Of a stretch of 64,000 nucleotides of DNA, positions 37,210 through 47,555 are shown in pieces (the stretch's first letter is position 1; each line of letters opens with the position of its first letter). A program made the position numbers and the translations under genes. A model generated the notes under the pieces. That model saw only the letters and a list, made by a program, of their open reading frames with translations, did no database searches and was not told the origin of the DNA. Source of the DNA: Candidatus Thorarchaeota archaeon (GTDB lineage Archaea; Asgardarchaeota; Thorarchaeia; Thorarchaeales; Thorarchaeaceae); the NCBI GenBank assembly GCA_048884965.1, contig JBHLQH010000013.1, positions 1 through 64,000 on the forward strand, in the 5' to 3' direction.

Positions 37210-40017
37210 CTATCTCGACTTGGAAGCCTCTAATTCAGGTCCTGGAGTCATAGCCTTGACTTGTTCGCTGGCTCCTCCATTTTGCATTATTCCCAGTATT
37301 ATTGATGCACGCATTGCAGCGGCACTACCAGCAGTGACAGAGTCAGGAATGTCCTTTGGTCCATCAGCACACCCACAAACGTAGATGCCATCCTCGCTGG
37401 TATCGACTGGTTCTATTATCTCATTTCGAACATCGATGTAGCCTTCCTCTGAAAGATCAAGACCAAGTTCTGCGGCCATCTCATCCATGTCATCCGGTGG
37501 TTGGAGACCAGGGCTTATGACCAGGAGGTCGTGCTCGATCTTATCGATTATGCCAGTTTCTGTGTTCTCTACTTGGATGATCAGATTACCATTTGCGGTG
37601 TTCTCATCAACCTCGGCGACCCTTCCTCGTACAAAGGATACACCAAAGCGGGTCCTTGCCATCTCATAGAACTCCTCGAAGCCCTTGCCAAAGGCTCTGA
37701 TGTCTGCATAGTACATTGACACCGTGGCTTCAGGATCATGCTCTCGAGCCATCACTGCGTTCTTTATGCCATACATACAGCAAACTCGGCTGCAGTTGGG
37801 CACGTCCTTCTGAGTATCTCGTGCTCCGACGCATTGCACGAAACCGATGTTCTTGGGCATCATTCCATCACTGAAACGAATAAGATGTCCTTGAGTAGGC
37901 CCAGCCGCGTTGATGAGTCGCTCGTACTCCATGGCAGTTATTACGTTCTGGAACTTACCATATCCCAGGCGCTTGTACTTACTGACATCAAAGAGCTTGT
38001 AGCCAGTTGCTACAACAATTGCTCCAACATTCAATCGATGATGTTCCTCTTTCATTGCGTGGTCAATAGCCTGTCGCTCACATGCCTCGACGCAGCTCAT
38101 ACACTCACAACAATGTGTACAATTAAGACAACGTCCGGCCTCACTTACTGAAACATCTTCAGTGAATCCAAGTTCGACCTCAGTGAAATCACCTTTTCTA
38201 CTGGCGATGCTTTGATGAGGCATGAATGCTCTTGGTTGTGGCTTGAAGTGAGCAGGATCTACGGTAGGCTTTGCAACTCTGTAGATCTCAGGGTCTCGGC
38301 CAGCTTTGAGATCCTCTCCACGCAGATACCTATCGATTGAGATTGCGGCCTCTCTTCCTTGACCAACTGCCTGTACGACAGTAGCTGGTCCGAGAACGCA
38401 GTCACCACCAGCAAATACATCCTTCATACTAGTCTGCAGGGTTATTTGGTCTGCGATGAGAGTTCCCCATTCTGTAGTGTCCAAACCATTATGCAGTGGA
38501 ATCGGCTCTACAGATTGTCCAACTGCAATAATCATCGTGTCTGCGACCACAGTGAACTCAGAGTCAGGGATTGGTCTTGGTCGTCGACGTCCAGAGTGAT
38601 CGGGTTCTCCAAGACGCATTCGGATACACTTGACTCCTTGGATAGCACCTCGTTGTGTTATTACTTCAACGGGATTCGTAAGGAACATAAAGCGAATGCC
38701 CTCTTCTCTGGCCATCTCTACCTCTGAAGGGGTTGCGGGAATCTCTACTTGGGACCGACGATATATCATGGTGACCTCTTGCGCACCCATTCTTTGTGCG
38801 GTTCTGCAAGAATCTACTGCGGCGTCACCGCCACCGATGACGACTACTCGCTCTCCAACTTCGACTCTTTCATGTGAGGCGACTTTATCCAAGAAATCAA
38901 TGGCATGATAGACACCCTTCGATTCCTCACCTTCAATCATAAGTTTGTTACTTTGACTTGCTCCAGTCCCGATGAAGATGGCCTTGTATCCTTCCTCCCT
39001 AATCTCATCAAGGGATTGGATATTCCGGTCACAGATGAATTCGACTCCATGCTTCCCGACCCAATGGATTTCTTCACGTAGAATCTCTCTTGGAAGTCGG
39101 TACTCAGGGATGGACCATTTGAGGAGACCTCCCTCCTCTGACCGTTTCTCGAAAACAGTGACTGGATAGCCTTTACGTGCAAGTTGGTATGCACAGGAAA
39201 TGCCTGCTGGACCCGCTCCCACAATTGCCACTTTCTCAGTCTTGTCAATCTTCGACTCCACCGGTACTTGTGTTCCATGCTCCTTCTCATAGTCAGCTAG
39301 GAATCTATGGAGATTTCGGATGCTTATGCTCTCATCGTACTCACCTCGCTGGCATTGTCCTTCACACCAGCTGACACAGACTCGTCCCAAGGTTCCAGGG
39401 AAGGGGATCGCTTCACGTACGATCTTTATCGCATCGGCATATCTCTCTTGATTCAGTAGTGTCACGAAAGCCTGCGCATTCACTTGTGCTGGACAATTGA
39501 TGCGACATGCAGGATGGTCCCGCTTGTCAATAGTGTAGACATTGGGAGTTGCTTGTGGGAATGGGAGGTATGTTGCTTTCCTGAAACCTAAGCCTTGATC
39601 GAATTCATTGGCAGTTTCTATCGGGCATACCTCAACACAATCGCCACATCCCGAACATTTGTCCTCTAAGATGTAACGCGGCTTTCTCAGTACTTCCACA
39701 TGGAAGTTTCCAGATTTTCCAGTCACCCGCTTGACCTCCGAATAAGTCAATAGCTCGATATTCGGATGTCGTGCGACCTCGCTCAAGCGGGGGGTCAGGA
39801 TACATGCAGAGCAGTCAAGAGTTGGGAACGTCTTGTCGATTGCTGCCATTCGTCCCCCTATACTGGGGGTCTTCTCAACAAGATGTACCTTGAACCCTTG
39901 ATTTGCAATATCAAGTGCTGCTTGCATTCCTGCAACTCCACCGCCAATCACGAGTGCACTGGGAGTCTGGTCATCAGCTCCTATAGCATTCGTTTGCGTC
40001 GGTTGATCAGTTGTCAT
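37210..40017 (-). CDS. hdrA: HdrA-like flavoprotein with inserted GltD/NfnB-like NAD(P)H module (HdrL-type)
   Basis: HdrA motifs GGGVAG, DKTFPTLDCSACIL, QCVGAR, CSRVCCMY and GPKDIP; GltD-like insert CRINCP, LGRVC..WCEGQC.RG, GAGPAG, GGGDAAVD, YRRS and FAGGD. Confidence 0.88.
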   Translation of the reverse strand: MTTDQPTQTNAIGADDQTPSALVIGGGVAGMQAALDIANQGFKVHLVEKTPSIGGRMAAIDKTFPTLDCSACILTPRLSEVARHPNIELLTYSEVKRVTGKSGNFHVEVLRKPRYILEDKCSGCGDCVEVCPIETANEFDQGLGFRKATYLPFPQATPNVYTIDKRDHPACRINCPAQVNAQAFVTLLNQERYADAIKIVREAIPFPGTLGRVCVSWCEGQCQRGEYDESISIRNLHRFLADYEKEHGTQVPVESKIDKTEKVAIVGAGPAGISCAYQLARKGYPVTVFEKRSEEGGLLKWSIPEYRLPREILREEIHWVGKHGVEFICDRNIQSLDEIREEGYKAIFIGTGASQSNKLMIEGEESKGVYHAIDFLDKVASHERVEVGERVVVIGGGDAAVDSCRTAQRMGAQEVTMIYRRSQVEIPATPSEVEMAREEGIRFMFLTNPVEVITQRGAIQGVKCIRMRLGEPDHSGRRRPRPIPDSEFTVVADTMIIAVGQSVEPIPLHNGLDTTEWGTLIADQITLQTSMKDVFAGGDCVLGPATVVQAVGQGREAAISIDRYLRGEDLKAGRDPEIYRVAKPTVDPAHFKPQPRAFMPHQSIASRKGDFTEVELGFTEDVSVSEAGRCLNCTHCCECMSCVEACERQAIDHAMKEEHHRLNVGAIVVATGYKLFDVSKYKRLGYGKFQNVITAMEYERLINAAGPTQGHLIRFSDGMMPKNIGFVQCVGARDTQKDVPNCSRVCCMYGIKNAVMAREHDPEATVSMYYADIRAFGKGFEEFYEMARTRFGVSFVRGRVAEVDENTANGNLIIQVENTETGIIDKIEHDLLVISPGLQPPDDMDEMAAELGLDLSEEGYIDVRNEIIEPVDTSEDGIYVCGCADGPKDIPDSVTAGSAAAMRASIILGIMQNGGASEQVKAMTPGPELEASKSR

Positions 40018-40118
40018 ATTGTTAGCTCCTCAAGCTGTAATTGTATAGTCTAACCTGTTAGAAATAAGAACGATAGAATATGGTACGCTCTGACGATATT
40101 TCCTCAAAACCCTACGAG

Positions 40119-40600
40119 TTACATTCTGTAATAATATTGTATACCTTTGCACGAACGTTTCACTCTCGTTGGCCTTCAAGCAAGGCGATTCAATGCGTCA
40201 GAGGTACGGTCGAATGTAGTCAATGTTTGTCAACAGGCTAGTTATAGGCCGTACATGAGTTAGACTATCGCGAAATAAGTTTGTCCAGTATAAAAACGTT
40301 CATGTTTTTGGAGTTTCTTTGTCATTTCGTAACTAAATTCGAAAATTATGTAAATTTTGTAACATTTTCTTTGATGATTTTGTCGATGCGTTTCGAAAGG
40401 TAACTCGTAAATGTTTGGTATCGGACTATCTGGAAGATAACAGAGTATGATATCGTTAATAGCTGACTTGAATTGTGTTTGTTTTCAATCATAGCTGTTA
40501 CAAAATGTAATTATTTACATTCTATAAGTAAATTTGGACATCTTCACAATATCTGTGCCGCTTTTCAAGCATAATTTCAACTTCTTCTTACAATGTGTAA
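40119..40600. promoter_or_regulatory. Array of TTACA-N3-TGTAA palindromes upstream of the hdr/mvh operon
   Basis: Perfect copies at 40119-40131, 40498-40510 and 40588-40600; near copies at 40515-40527 and 40350-40362. Confidence 0.6.
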
Positions 40601-40664
40601 CCGCGATAGTATGGATTGTATGGTTTCAGTTCTCGGGTAATTGCAGAGTATCGATTTCGGACAT

Positions 40665-42575
40665 TTACACGAAAAGAGATGGTAGTAGATGGTCGCCGTT
40701 TTGCTTCCGAAGTTCCATAAGCCGCTTTCGCTGGTCACTCAGAACAGAGAAAAGTACCTCTGGAGTATCTAGTACTGTTTCCCGATAGATTCTCTCAATG
40801 CGATCGATCTTGGCAAGGAGTTCAGGCACACGTATCTTGAACTGCTCCTCATATTCCTCCGTAGTATATTCCTTGTCCAAGTATTCTTCGAAGAGCTGAT
40901 TAACATCATCATATTGGGGAATGAATCCGGTAGGGGTATGAATCGCCTCGACCTCTTTGTGAACACGAAGTTCCATCCATTTTAGCCAAACCTGCTTGTC
41001 AGTCTTGTCAGTGAGGAATTTTCCTTCCTTATCCTTCAGGAAATAGTTCACAGCAAATATCTGAGGTATCTCCTTCAAATCTGCGACAAAGTCCAGGTGG
41101 TTCTGTATGTATTTCCCAAGTGAGATTGAGATGAAATCCATGTTTGAGAATGGCTGAAAAGCTCGTACACCACTTGGTCCCAAAGTGGCTGCTGTAGTTT
41201 CAGACTCCAAGCTTGCGCCCATTGTGATGACACCATGTTCCCAATCTAAGGACTGCTGAACTGGTACCCAGGTATCACTGTCACGCCCACCATAGATAAT
41301 CCCGCCAACATCGACTCCACGAGGATCATCCAGCGTGTCATCCAAGTTCGCTAGACCTTCCAATCCAATGGTATAACGTGCATTCTTATGAGCGAAGGAG
41401 ATAACTTCTCCATTTTGGTCGACTTTCCCTTCAAACCACTCACCAGAATGATTAATCCCAATTTTCGGGACTTCGAGCCCATCATCCAACCAGCGCGGTT
41501 CTGCATCATCAGTGATTAGAACATTGGAGAAAATCGCTGGTTGCTTCGAATGAAGCACATCCCAGATTACAGGATCATCCTTTGCGGTAACCGATCTAAT
41601 AATACCAAAGATACCCCGCTCAACGTTGACACCTTTTACTTTTCCATCATCCTTACGGAGATATGTAAGGTCATCACCAACGATGGAGTTCGCACGCACC
41701 ATAGAGGTGCTGGTCTTCCCGCAGCCCGAAGGAAATGCTCCAGTAAAGTAGGTCTTTCTCCCTGAAGGACCATGAATAGCCATCAAGAACATATGTTCTG
41801 CTAGCCAACCTTCTCGGTCAGCTTTTCTAATCGCAAGTCTGAGTGCCAGTTTTTTCAAACCTATCGTATTGCCAGCGTATTGCGTATTAACACTATACAC
41901 GGTATTCTCTTTGTAATCAATCATCACACCCCGCTTCTTCCAATCAGTACTCACTGAGTGAATAAGTTTCCCGGATGAATGAAGCATCCAGAATATCTCA
42001 CGATCCTCAGGCATCCTTCTGAAGTATTCATATCCACGGCGATAGAGGAGGTCCTCGCTATGAGCTACATAGAATGAGTCAGTAATCTGAACAGCTGGGA
42101 TCGAGAAAGTAGAATCTAATGGTCCAAGTACAAAGAATCGTACTACCATCTTCTTATTCTCCATACTTCCATCAAGCCTACTCTGAGCAAGTTCTAGCCC
42201 ATAATCTCGGTCCATCTGAGATAATTGCTCTCCAAGAGATTCACCCTTTGGGACGAGATAGACTGTGCTCTCCTTGTCTCGGGCTTGATCGAAGTACCCA
42301 TCAAAGTGAACCGTGTGATACGGATTTGCCAAAGGTGTTTCTTCTCCTCTAGCTATCGCTGTTCGCCGGATGTACTCCGTGTCCATCTTGGAGTCATTGC
42401 AAACAAAAACCTTCATTGGCTTGCAAAGCTGTATAGCCTCAGCAACGAATTTGTGCACCCTCCGATTCGGAATAGCAAGGAGTTTTCTGAAATTCGCGTC
42501 AGTTAAGGCCTTTTCAAGGACGGAAAGTGTTTCATTCATGGCATAAGCCTCAAGGAGGTGTGGTGGTTGGGTCAA
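40665..42575 (-). CDS. pckG: Phosphoenolpyruvate carboxykinase (GTP)
   Basis: DQAR, YAGNTIGLKKLALRL, WLAEHM, AFPSGCGKT, VGDD, HKNARY and GGRD; true start probably ATG 42539. Confidence 0.95.
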   Translation of the reverse strand: MTQPPHLLEAYAMNETLSVLEKALTDANFRKLLAIPNRRVHKFVAEAIQLCKPMKVFVCNDSKMDTEYIRRTAIARGEETPLANPYHTVHFDGYFDQARDKESTVYLVPKGESLGEQLSQMDRDYGLELAQSRLDGSMENKKMVVRFFVLGPLDSTFSIPAVQITDSFYVAHSEDLLYRRGYEYFRRMPEDREIFWMLHSSGKLIHSVSTDWKKRGVMIDYKENTVYSVNTQYAGNTIGLKKLALRLAIRKADREGWLAEHMFLMAIHGPSGRKTYFTGAFPSGCGKTSTSMVRANSIVGDDLTYLRKDDGKVKGVNVERGIFGIIRSVTAKDDPVIWDVLHSKQPAIFSNVLITDDAEPRWLDDGLEVPKIGINHSGEWFEGKVDQNGEVISFAHKNARYTIGLEGLANLDDTLDDPRGVDVGGIIYGGRDSDTWVPVQQSLDWEHGVITMGASLESETTAATLGPSGVRAFQPFSNMDFISISLGKYIQNHLDFVADLKEIPQIFAVNYFLKDKEGKFLTDKTDKQVWLKWMELRVHKEVEAIHTPTGFIPQYDDVNQLFEEYLDKEYTTEEYEEQFKIRVPELLAKIDRIERIYRETVLDTPEVLFSVLSDQRKRLMELRKQNGDHLLPSLFV

Positions 42576-42806
42576 TCACTTGACGTTTCCAATATAACAC
42601 ACTCGCCAGCTGCAAACTTAAGAATAATTCGCTGTTAATGTAAAAGAGCGTTTGCACAATAATTAGGGGAAGTGAGGAGAAGGATTCATGGCCACGACTC
42701 AAAGGTTCATTATGCATCATAGAACATGTCGGCTACGGCAAGACTCAAATGTGACCTACGTGCGATTCGGCTCAGTTGCCTCGGAGGATAGTAGGCAGAA
42801 AGCAAC

Positions 42807-45005
42807 TTGCTGGTGGTTCCTATGCTGAAAGAGTTCACTTATGAAGTGCCAAAGATTGAGCGAGGGTATGCAAACCAAACGCTCTATGTGAATCTAAGTA
42901 CAAACGAGATCAAGCTGAAACCTGTTGATGATAAGATGAAGGAAACCTTCACCGGTGGTAAAGGGTTTGATCTCTGGCTAATGTGGAATAGTCTCCCTAA
43001 GGATAGAATCGTGAAATGGGACGATGATGAAAACGAAATCTGCATTGCAACCGGTCCACTCGGAGGAGTGACTCAGTATCCAGGTGCTGGAAAATCGATC
43101 GTCACATCAATCTCTCCAATGACAGGGATACCCATTGACTCTAACGTTGGTGGCTACTTTGGACCACACCTGAAGTTCAGTGGATTCGATGCCATGGAGA
43201 TTCAGGGCAAGGCAGAAAAAGATGTATACGTTTTCATTGACGGGGACCGCGGGAAAGTACAGATTTGCGACGCTTCTGACCTTCCAAATACAGCTTACGA
43301 AATAACACGTGTACTCAGTGAGCGACACACAGAGAAGGAAGGCAAAGACATGTCCGTAGTTACTTCTGGTCCAGCAGCCGAGCACGCATGGATGGGATGT
43401 CTCAACTTCAGCTGGTGGGATATGCGTCGTAACCTTCCACGATACAAGCAAGCGGGTCGTGGAGGAATTGGAACAGTCTTTAGAAATAAGAGAATCAAGG
43501 CATTAGTATGCAAGCTGGAGAAGATCACTCTTGATATGAACAATCCAGCAGATGAGGAAGCAGTAAAGACAGTTGGCCGCGAGCACTCGGGAGAGATTCT
43601 TGAACTAGATCCCAAGCAGAATAGGATGCGAGTCATAGGCACTGGACATCTCCCAATCATCATGGATGAGTTCGATCTTCTACCCACACGCAATTTCCGT
43701 ACTGGAAGTGATCCTGATGCGAAAGGGCTTTTCGGTGATGTATGGGAAAAGATGTTTAGCAACCCTGGAAAAGGATGGGATGGATGCTGGAGGCCCTGCG
43801 CTATCAACTGCTCACATTGCATCGAGGGTTTCATTCCAAAGACAGGATCCTTCAAGGGCAAGAATGTAGTGGTTGATGGACCAGAGTATGAGACCATCGC
43901 TGGTTGTGGTTCCAACATCGGAGTATTCGATCCCCATTACGTAGCCGAATTGAACTTCTATTGTGATGCATATGGAATCGACACCATCTCCTTCGGAACA
44001 ACTATGGGATTCGTCATGGAGCTCTTCGAAGAGGGGCATATAGATGAGAAAGCGACTGGCGGACATAAGCTCACATGGGGAGCTGGAGATGAAGCCCTTG
44101 CTGTCCTACATGAGATGGCTGAGGGAAAAGGGTTTGGCGGTGAACACTTCGGTAAGGGCGTGCACTACCTCAAGGGATACTTTGGCGATAAGTTCGGTGT
44201 TGACAAGCAGGTCATGCATGATATCGGAATGGAGCACAAGGGTCTCGAATATTCTGAGTATGTCACAAAGGAAAGCCTCGCTCAGCAAGGTGGCTACGGT
44301 CTTACTCTGAAGGGACCTCAGCATGATGAAGCTTGGCTCATCTTCCTCGACCAAGTTCACAACTATATGCCAACCTTCGAGGACAAGGCCGAGGCTTTAC
44401 ATTACTTCCCGAACTGGCGAACCTGGTTCGGGTTGAATGGGCTGTGCAAGCTACCTTGGAACGATGTCGTACCTGCAGATAACGCAAAGAGTTCAGAGCC
44501 AGCCAAGGTGCCAAAGCATGTCGAGTTCTATGCTCGTTTCTTTGAGGCAATGACAGGTAAACCAACGAAAGGCAAAGACCTCATCAACATGTCAGAGAAG
44601 GTCTACAACTTCCAACGTATCTTTAACATACGACAGGGCAAGGGTCTTAGACTCAACGACTCATACATTCCCTACAGGAGTGCGGGACCTGTCACTGATT
44701 GGGAGTACGAATCCCGACAGGATAGATACGATGGACAGCTCAAGGAGGCGGGTGTTGATATCAGTGGTATGTCAACAACGGAGAAGAACAAGAGACTCCG
44801 TGAGATCAGAGAGGAACGCTATAGGCTTCTCACTGACGCGGCTTACAAGCGACGTGGTTGGACACGAAACGGTGTCCCCAAGATGGAGAAGCTCAAGGCA
44901 CTCGGTCTTGATTGGATTCCAGAGGTAGTTGATATTGTGAGGAAGTTCGAGAACTCTGAGCCTCCAAAGGATACACTGCCATCAAGCGATGAGGCGTGGA
45001 ACTAA
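42807..45005 (+). CDS. aor: Aldehyde:ferredoxin oxidoreductase (tungsten AOR family)
   Basis: DSNVGG, AGRGGIG, GCWRPCAINC, GPEYET, DAYGIDTIS, CKLPW and YKRRGW..NGVP; likely start ATG 42822. Confidence 0.9.
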   Translation: MLVVPMLKEFTYEVPKIERGYANQTLYVNLSTNEIKLKPVDDKMKETFTGGKGFDLWLMWNSLPKDRIVKWDDDENEICIATGPLGGVTQYPGAGKSIVTSISPMTGIPIDSNVGGYFGPHLKFSGFDAMEIQGKAEKDVYVFIDGDRGKVQICDASDLPNTAYEITRVLSERHTEKEGKDMSVVTSGPAAEHAWMGCLNFSWWDMRRNLPRYKQAGRGGIGTVFRNKRIKALVCKLEKITLDMNNPADEEAVKTVGREHSGEILELDPKQNRMRVIGTGHLPIIMDEFDLLPTRNFRTGSDPDAKGLFGDVWEKMFSNPGKGWDGCWRPCAINCSHCIEGFIPKTGSFKGKNVVVDGPEYETIAGCGSNIGVFDPHYVAELNFYCDAYGIDTISFGTTMGFVMELFEEGHIDEKATGGHKLTWGAGDEALAVLHEMAEGKGFGGEHFGKGVHYLKGYFGDKFGVDKQVMHDIGMEHKGLEYSEYVTKESLAQQGGYGLTLKGPQHDEAWLIFLDQVHNYMPTFEDKAEALHYFPNWRTWFGLNGLCKLPWNDVVPADNAKSSEPAKVPKHVEFYARFFEAMTGKPTKGKDLINMSEKVYNFQRIFNIRQGKGLRLNDSYIPYRSAGPVTDWEYESRQDRYDGQLKEAGVDISGMSTTEKNKRLREIREERYRLLTDAAYKRRGWTRNGVPKMEKLKALGLDWIPEVVDIVRKFENSEPPKDTLPSSDEAWN

Positions 45006-45017
45006 CAAGCTGTCAAA

Positions 45018-45038
45018 GAGGAGCTATATTTGCTCCTC
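45018..45038 (+). terminator. Hairpin downstream of aor
   Basis: GAGGAGC-TATATTT-GCTCCTC, 12 nt after the stop. Confidence 0.5.
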
Positions 45039-45223
45039 AGCCTATGTTTCCATTCCAATAGAAATAGATTTGCAGTGCGAACAATATCGAGAATTACTTG
45101 ATGAACGTTTCTAAAAATCTCTTAGTCCCTGGAAGTCTTCAGTTAGATTGATTCCAATAGACCAATCAGATGGCATCATATCTATATATCACCAAGTACT
45201 AGCACTCCAAGGAGGAGGCTCTA

Positions 45224-46858
45224 TTGGATCGAGAACATATTGAGATTAGATTGGAAGGAGAAGACCTCGAGTACTACGAAACCACTATGTCTGCCATTCA
45301 GCTTTGGAAAGATGATAAAAAGAAAGAGGCAATAGAAAAGCTACAGGGTCTAGTGGAAAAATTCCCTGATGTGCCAGGAGTATATCATCACCTATCTGGA
45401 TATCTACATGAAACGGGGTCAAGAGATAAGGCATATGGCCTTGTAGAGAAGGCAATATCGTTAGATGAGAATAATCCAGATTCATATATTCAAAAGGCTA
45501 AGCTTGCTACAATGGATGGCAACTTTGAGGATGCATCTGAACTTGTCGATTTAGCATTGAGCAAGACAGTAAATATTTACCTCACATTTCTGGTTGCCGC
45601 ACAAGTTTTCTCAGACTATGGGATGGATGAAAAAGCAGTAGAGATTTACGAAGAAGGAGTCAAACGAATTCCACAGAGTGGAGCCATCTGGCGAGACTAT
45701 GCTAAACTGTACTCGGAGAAATTTGCATTCGAGAAAGCCATTGATGTTATGAAGCGCGGTGTCAATGCTGCAGGAAATGATAAAGAATTACTACTGGATT
45801 TTGCCATTCTTACTGGCGGACTTGGTATTACAGAACTTGCCATCCCAGTAATAAAGGCGTATGAAAAACTGTCGCCTGATGATAAAGACCACTATGTCAA
45901 TTTAGCAAGAATGTATATGGCAAGCATGGAACTTAATTCTGCAGAGGATGCAATCAAGAAGGCTTTGAAAAGAGACAAGATGAATGATAAGGCATGGATG
46001 GCGAAGGCATCACTAGCAAAATTCAGAGGAAAACAGAAAGATGCAGACAAAGCATACGATGAAATGATTAAGATAAATAGAAGAAACGAAGGCCTCGTCA
46101 ATACCATTCGGTCAACACCAGCAATCAGATCAACTGAAGTCATTTCTCAATATATTGCGATTCAAAATCTTCGCACCACACTAGAAAGTATCCAAAGAGG
46201 CGATCAGCAATCAACGGTTGAAAACCTAAAGAAGGCAATCAAATCAGGCACTGAACTTTGGTTAGAAGAAACCCTTGTTTCCGCAGCAAAGTCAGATGAT
46301 ACCAAATTGGGACTGCTAAAATTGCTTACATCTGTAATTGAAACCTCTGGTGACAAAAAGAAAAACATCGGAATCCTTCATAGAGCAACCAAGCAGTTTC
46401 CAGACGATTCTACATTGTGGATGAACCTTGCAGTATCATCGTACAACATTCGAAGCTATCACGGAGCATTGAAAGCAATCGAAAAGGCAAAGAGCATTGA
46501 TCCCAGCATAAAAGGCGCAAATGGATTACATGGCAGGATTTCAATCAATCTGGATGATTATGACCAGGGTTATGTCTTAACAAAACTAGCGTATGAAGAG
46601 AATCCCAAAGATATCTCGAACCTCACATTTCTCGTAGCAAGCTGTATTGAGCTGAAGAAATTTGATGAAGCGGAGCGGTATAACAATGAGGGCTTGGATC
46701 TCAATCCCAAAGTACCATATTTCTATGGATACAAAGCTCATATCGAACATCACCATGGCAGACTGGAAGAAGCAAAGCAATCTCTAGAGGCATGCTCGAA
46801 GATTGACCCAAATATCGCAAAGGAATTCGAAGAGGAGATCAATGAGATATCCAAATAA
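45224..46858 (+). CDS. TPR repeat protein
   Basis: Many TPR-like units ending in P (e.g. AISLDENNP, AYEKLSP, AKSIDP, GLDLNP); GGAGG SD. Confidence 0.85.
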   Translation: MDREHIEIRLEGEDLEYYETTMSAIQLWKDDKKKEAIEKLQGLVEKFPDVPGVYHHLSGYLHETGSRDKAYGLVEKAISLDENNPDSYIQKAKLATMDGNFEDASELVDLALSKTVNIYLTFLVAAQVFSDYGMDEKAVEIYEEGVKRIPQSGAIWRDYAKLYSEKFAFEKAIDVMKRGVNAAGNDKELLLDFAILTGGLGITELAIPVIKAYEKLSPDDKDHYVNLARMYMASMELNSAEDAIKKALKRDKMNDKAWMAKASLAKFRGKQKDADKAYDEMIKINRRNEGLVNTIRSTPAIRSTEVISQYIAIQNLRTTLESIQRGDQQSTVENLKKAIKSGTELWLEETLVSAAKSDDTKLGLLKLLTSVIETSGDKKKNIGILHRATKQFPDDSTLWMNLAVSSYNIRSYHGALKAIEKAKSIDPSIKGANGLHGRISINLDDYDQGYVLTKLAYEENPKDISNLTFLVASCIELKKFDEAERYNNEGLDLNPKVPYFYGYKAHIEHHHGRLEEAKQSLEACSKIDPNIAKEFEEEINEISK

Positions 46859-47062
46859 ATCAAATCCTTGAGGGCATCTTTCCTGTAAGGAAGTATGAGA
46901 ATTCTGAATCTCCAAAGGACACTCTTCTAGCAAACAACGAAGATTTAAACAAATACTATTGGAGGATATTCGTTCCTCCTCTTTCATTGTTTAGGAAGAG
47001 TGAATATCACTGCTATAGGATTATATCTGTAGGAATTCAATTTTACTCTGAGGAGATACTAA

Positions 47063-47344
47063 GTGGCTAAAGCAGGGAACAAATGTCGGTCGTGTGGTGC
47101 GACTGTTTCAATAAAAGAGAGATATTGTCCAAAGTGCGGGAAAGAAATCCTTCAGAGAAGACTAACAAAAGACTTCTCAGGCGTACTTCATCAACAAGGT
47201 CGTGTAGTGATAGATGACGACTGGAGCGAAGAAAGCCAATTGCATTCAAAATCAGAAAGAGTTGCTAGTGTAAGATGCGAATCGTGTGGGTCAATCAACA
47301 CTGTATCGAGCAAGCAGTGCAATCACTGCGGAGCTAGTCTCTAA
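47063..47344 (+). CDS. Double zinc-ribbon protein
   Basis: CRSCG/CPKCG and CESCG/CNHCG; GAGGAG SD. Confidence 0.8.
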   Translation: MAKAGNKCRSCGATVSIKERYCPKCGKEILQRRLTKDFSGVLHQQGRVVIDDDWSEESQLHSKSERVASVRCESCGSINTVSSKQCNHCGASL

Positions 47345-47555
47345 CTTTCATCGGATTCCTCAGAAGTAATTTCCGAAGTACAAGAATAGAATCAGGGCCA
47401 TTAGTTAAGTCACATTGAATCAATATCAAGATTCAAGCAATCACACGGATTGGGATATACTTGCCAGTTTGCTCAATACAAATCATTCATTCATCTCATA
47501 TCTCGTCATCATCCCAGCATACAATTCCTATTCCTTCTCCGCAAGGGAGATTTAA

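Noticed and set aside
33573-40017. Selenocysteine in HdrA or MvhD
   Set aside because: The frames are uninterrupted and the corresponding positions are Cys.
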